In this document: piece after piece, positions 59,206 through 64,000 of the stretch | How the letters are laid out: every line of letters starts with the position of its first letter | Position numbering within the stretch: the first letter of the stretch is position 1 | NCBI RefSeq assembly: GCF_009914755.1 | Contig: NC_060937.1 | Source: the human T2T-CHM13v2.0 reference genome, Homo sapiens | DNA length: 64,000 nt | Direction: 5' to 3' (one strand) | Translations under genes and position numbers: made by a program | The notes under the pieces: generated by a model | Databases searched by the model: none | What the model was told of the DNA's origin: nothing | The model's input: only the letters and a program-made list of their open reading frames with translations

Positions 59206-60199
59206 ATTACTAGATTACTAGATGTATATAAATTTGCATATAGCTACATGAGGTTTATGTAATATGTTCAATAAATCATCATATGGAAAAAAGAATATTT
59301 AATAATTACTAATTTACTATTCTAACCCTAGCACTAAGTGGTAATTCTTTTATTTATAATACACATGACTTGATGAATGGAATACTTTCTCCTCAATAAA
59401 TTCTATTAAGCTATGAAATCTAAACTTAAGTCTTACCTTCTCTGTTAATCTTCCACTGACAAAGATTTTTTCCTAGAAACTCCTTTGGACCTTTGTAAGA
59501 TTTATGACTTTACCAAGTGTTTTAGGTTTAAGTGTGTTATATTTGTTCAGTCGAGCTGAGTTTCCTCCTGTGTTTGTGGTTAACCATGGCATTAGGGCTA
59601 GTGTTGTCATTTGCTATGCTTGTTCTCTAGGAGGGCAGTACTGCAATGAATGCTATTAATTCATTCATAAAATATTTATGGAGAGCCTTCTACAGAAAAG
59701 TCACTGTGTCAAATTCAGTGTTATCCCTTACTCTTCAATGATAGAACTGCTCCACTAAAAATCTTCTAGTTAATGATCCTAGATCTATCTTTACGGTAAA
59801 GTAGGAATCATTATTGGCTATGATAAAACATTTATAAATATTATTCATATTCTACAAAATAGTTTAATATAAATATGTAATAAAGTTATAAAAATTCTAA
59901 AAGTTGCTATTGGCATAGCCAGTAATAATATTGAAATAACAAACTAATTAACAAATAGTTTCAATTATAACAAAAGATAACATGTTTGATGTATGTGCTT
60001 TACTTCAAGGACTATTAAAAGTAATTTATATGCATTTGCCTATTTAATCCTTTCAAAATCTTGTGATATTAACATTCTCTCCATAGAGGCCAATAAAGAT
60101 GCTTAAGAGAACAAAATGAATAAATTGTGGAGCCAAATTCAAATCTTAATATAGAACAAGAAACAAAGATAAGCACATATATATAATGCATGTATTATA

Positions 60200-60420
60200 A
60201 AGTTGACAGCATGTCAAAATTTGGGTTTTAGAATCAGGCTGCTTATTTTCAAGTTTCAGGTTTTCTACTCATTTGCAGTGTGCCATGAGAAGTTAAGTCA
60301 ATTAACCTCAGTTTCCTCATTTATCAAATGAGAAGAATTGTAGTACCTATTTAAGAGTTTATGTGCAAATTATGTAAGATGCAAAACTCTTAGAACAGTG
60401 CCTAGAAAATAAAAGTTTTG
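60200..60420 (+). mobile_element. MIR SINE
   Basis: CCTCAGTTTCCTCATTTATCAAATG...TAGTACCTA...CTTAGAACAGTGCCT. Confidence 0.75.
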
Positions 60421-60699
60421 AATAGATGCCTGTGGTTAACATTACTTGATGATCTTCACAAAATTGATTGGGTGAATCAATAGTCTTTATAGACAAAATT
60501 AACATACATGCCCATGTGAGAAATTAATCAATCACAAAGGAATGCTTTCCAGTCTAATGACTGTTCAATATCACAATTGCTCAGTGTGGGACTTAAAACA
60601 GGATTGTGTTGTCTGGTCATATAATCTCATACCTATGACACATTTCTCTTGTCACCTTCTTGTTCTACTTCAGTTTCAGTTTTTCTCATGGATAATTGT

Positions 60700-60870
60700 T
60701 GTGCTGAAAATAATAAACTTACTGCGTGCCAGACTCTGTTCCAGTTGTAGTCCTAAATCACTTTATGTGGTGGCAGCATCACTCTATTTTGTAGATAGAA
60801 AACTGAGACAAAAGTGATAAAATGATTTACCCAAGGCACATCAGTGGAAGTAGCATAAATGGATCTGGAT
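60700..60870 (-). mobile_element. MIR remnant
   Basis: GTGCCAGACTCTGTTC...ATTTTGTAGATAGAAAACTGAGACA...TTTACCCAAGG. Confidence 0.65.
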
Positions 60871-60944
60871 AGAATCTGTTGTGCTTATTTTTTTAAGAAG
60901 TTCATCCTTAAGCAAGGTTCTTCAAAGTAAATTTTTTAAATTAA

Positions 60945-62745
60945 CTAACTTTATTTTTAAAGCAGTTTTAGATTTATAAAAAATTGAGCAGAAAGTACAG
61001 AGTTCTTCCATACCTGCCTTCTTCCCCTCACCTGTCAACCCACCCCAACAGACTTCTTTATTATTAATATCTTCAATTAGAGTTGTACATTTGTTACAAT
61101 TTATAAACCAGTACTGATATACTAGTATTAACTGTAGTCCATGGTGTTCTTTTGATAAATGTATAATAACATGTATCCACTATTACAGCACCATAAAAAA
61201 TAGTTCCATCACCCTAAAAAGCCCCTGTGCTCTACGTAGTCACTGTTACCTCCATCTTTCCAAAACACTGGCAACCATTGCTATTTTTACTGTTTTCCCT
61301 ATTCCAAATGTCATATAATTGGGATCACGCAGTATGCAGGCTTTTCAGATTTACTTCTTCCACTTAGCAATATACATTTAAGTTTCTTCCTTGTCTTTTG
61401 ATGACTTGATATTATATTTCTTTTCACCACTAAATAATATGCCATGGCATGGATATATCACAGTTTGTTTGTTCATTCATCTATTGTTGGGAGCATCTTG
61501 GTTTTTGCCAAATTCAGGCAATTATAAATAAAAAGGCTATAAACACTTGTGTGAAGGTTTTTGAGAAAATCAATTTCCATCCCATTGGAATACTCAGGAG
61601 CATGATTCTTGGATTGTGTGGTGAGAGTATATTTAGCTTTGTAAGAAACTACCAGTATGTCTCCAAAAGAGCTGTACCATTTTGTATTCCCACCAGCAAT
61701 GAATGAGAGCTCTTGTTGTTGCACATCCCCACCAACATTTGCCATTCTCAGTGCTTCACATTTCAGCCATTTAATGGATAGTCATATAACATTCCTTTAA
61801 TTTACAACTCCCTAATGACATATGATGTTGATAATCTTTTCATATACTTATTTCTCATCTGTGTATCTTTTTTGGTAAATTGTTCATATATTTTCTCCAT
61901 TGTATTAGTGCATTCTCACGCTGCAAATAAAGACATACCCAAGACTGGCAATTTACAAAGGAAAGAGATTTAATTGATTCACAGTTCAGCATGACTGGAG
62001 AGGCCTCAGGAAACTTACAATCATGGCAGAAGGGGCAGCAAACACATCCTTCTTCACATGGTGGCAGCAAGGAGAAGTGCAGAGTGAAGTGAAGGGAAAG
62101 CCCCTTGTAAAATCATCAGATCTCATGAGAACTCACTCACTATCACGAGAACAGCATGGAGGTAACCACTCCCATGATTCAATTACCTCCCACCAGGTCC
62201 CTCCCGTGACAAGTGGGGATTTTGAGAAATACATTTCAAGATGAGATTTGAGTGGAGACAGAGTCAAATCATACCATCCATTACAAATTTTTGTGTTTGT
62301 TTTCTTGTTGAGTTTTGAGTGTTCTTTGTAAATTTTTCATAACAGTCATTTATCAGTTATGTGTTTTGCAAGAATTTTCTTTCAGTCTGTAGTTTGTCTT
62401 ATTATTCTCCTGACACCGTCTTTCGCAGAGAGTAGATTTTTAATTTTGATTAAGTCCAAATTATCATTTTATTTTTCTTTCATGGATTGTGCTTTTGAAT
62501 GTATTGAAAGAGTCATCATCATACCTAAGGTTTCTTAGATTTTCTTCTGTTCTGCCTTCCGAATAGAGTATGGAATCTTTATAATTTTGCATTTTAAATT
62601 CAGGCCTGTAATCCATTTTGAGTTAATTTTTCTGAAAAGTTTAAAGTTTCTGATCAGATTTATTACTTGCATGTGCATGTTCAGTTATTCCAGCACCATT
62701 TATTGAAAATATTATCTTTTTTCCATTGAATTTCCTTTGCTCTTT
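60945..62745 (-). mobile_element. L1MC1/2-like 3' fragment, split by a THE1D LTR
   Basis: AGCAGTTTTAGATTTATAAAAAATTGAGCAGAAAGTACAGAG, CCCTAAAAAGCCCCTGTGCTC, TTCCCACCAGCAATGAATGAGAG and CCAGCACCATTTATTGAAAA. Confidence 0.85.
61901..62276 (-). mobile_element. THE1D-like solo LTR
   Basis: TGTATTAGT...AATCATACCA termini; perfect 5-bp TSD TCCAT at 61896-61900 and 62277-62281. Confidence 0.93.
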
Positions 62746-62916
62746 TAAAACTGAATTTTCTATCATATACACACACTGTAATTCACACTAAACCACATCC
62801 AAAATACTCTTTAAATTGTTGAACATCCATCCAGATATTTTTGTGTGATGCAGTAACAAAAATGAAATAACAGATGGATTTGTAAAATGTGAGACTACTA
62901 TTAATTCTCTAATATA

Positions 62917-63250
62917 CACCCATGCATCACTCCATCACTTATCCTTAGGGATACTTTCTGAGAAATGTGTCCATAGGCAAATTTATTCTTGTGTGAACAT
63001 CATAGAGTGTACTAACAGAAACCTAGATGTTACAGCCTAATAAATACCTAGATGCTATGGTATAACCTATTACCCCTAGGCTACAAACCTGTATAGCATG
63101 TAGGCAATTGTAACACAGTGGTATTTGTGTATCTAATCATATCTAAACATAGAAAAGCTACAATAGAAAGATGGCATTATAATCTTATGGGACCCCTGTC
63201 ATATATTTAGTCCATTGCTGGTGAAAATGCCCTTATGCAATGCATAATTG
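62917..63250 (+). mobile_element. Tigger3a (MER7A)-like MITE
   Basis: TTCTGAGAAATG, GAACATCATAGAGTGTACT, CCTAGGCTACAAACCTGTA and TTATAATCTTATGGGACC; flanked by TA on both sides. Confidence 0.88.
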
Positions 63251-64000
63251 TATAGTATTGTGTCAATTAATAACCATATGAAATGAATGAAGGTGCATCT
63301 CTATCCCAATATTAACTTAAAATGAATTCTGGAAGTATCAAATTTGCATGAATTTTTGACAATAAAAAATTCCAATAAATATACTTTAATTATATAACAT
63401 ATATTATGTTTATAACATATATAATATTTATATGCAAATGATATATATTATTATAATTTTACTCCATATTTATGACATATTTATTCAGTGGTTACTTAGC
63501 TTCTATGGTGTGTAAGGTGCTCTGCTAAAAATGCAGGTTGAAGGAGATAAAATTTAAAGGAAGAAAATATTGTTTCCGTATGAAGTTTTATATACTGGTA
63601 AGGAAGACAGACATTGATAAAAAATCACACATATATATCTAAGGTATATAAATTTTTAAAATAATAAATAAGGAATGTAAAAATGCAATTTTCTTAATTT
63701 TTCTATGATTGTATGTATTTGTCTATAAATTCTCCATTGGTTCTAATGCACAAAAATGAGCAACTCATATCTGGATAAATCTGGTTAATGAAATGTCATA
63801 TGTAGTCCTAAATTAATTTCAAACTTTTAGGTCCTACTTTCTCTCCTTTGAATAGATGCTTAGACAGTGTCATGGGAAGGCTGCATTCTCATTCCTCGGC
63901 ATCAGTCATTGCAAATGGTCCTTGATTTGTCTCACCAGTCCTGACGGCCAATGAGATGTAACCATGTATACATTTGGTCTCCAGCTTGACGTACTCTTAT

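Overview
This is AT-rich, CpG-poor primate (human-like) genomic DNA, either intergenic or deep intronic. It is not prokaryotic. I find no supportable protein-coding gene, RNA gene or CRISPR array. The long ORFs come from L1 ORF2, THE1/MaLR internal sequence, Alu or simple repeats. Main repeats: an old L1P 5' UTR, two complete THE1 proviruses in tandem (with 5-bp target-site duplications, TSDs), a near-full-length L1M2/L1MA lacking its 3' end, a 3.6-kb L1PA3/4 fragment, seven Alus, solo LTRs (THE1D, MER54, LTR16, MLT1), Tigger-family MITEs, and L2/L3/MIR remnants. The most unusual structure is a tiny L1 insertion at 17398-17620. It has a 14-bp TSD, a 23-nt inverted L1 piece, and a fold-back copy of its own upstream flank, producing a 60-bp-arm palindrome. 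Other leads are a 24-bp-arm hairpin (23943-23994), a motif-dense candidate enhancer/exon (about 31960-32120), a candidate 6-nt microexon, and a GC-box/G4 element. Subfamily names come from recalled consensus sequences and need RepeatMasker/Dfam confirmation. I see no evidence for a new multi-gene system.
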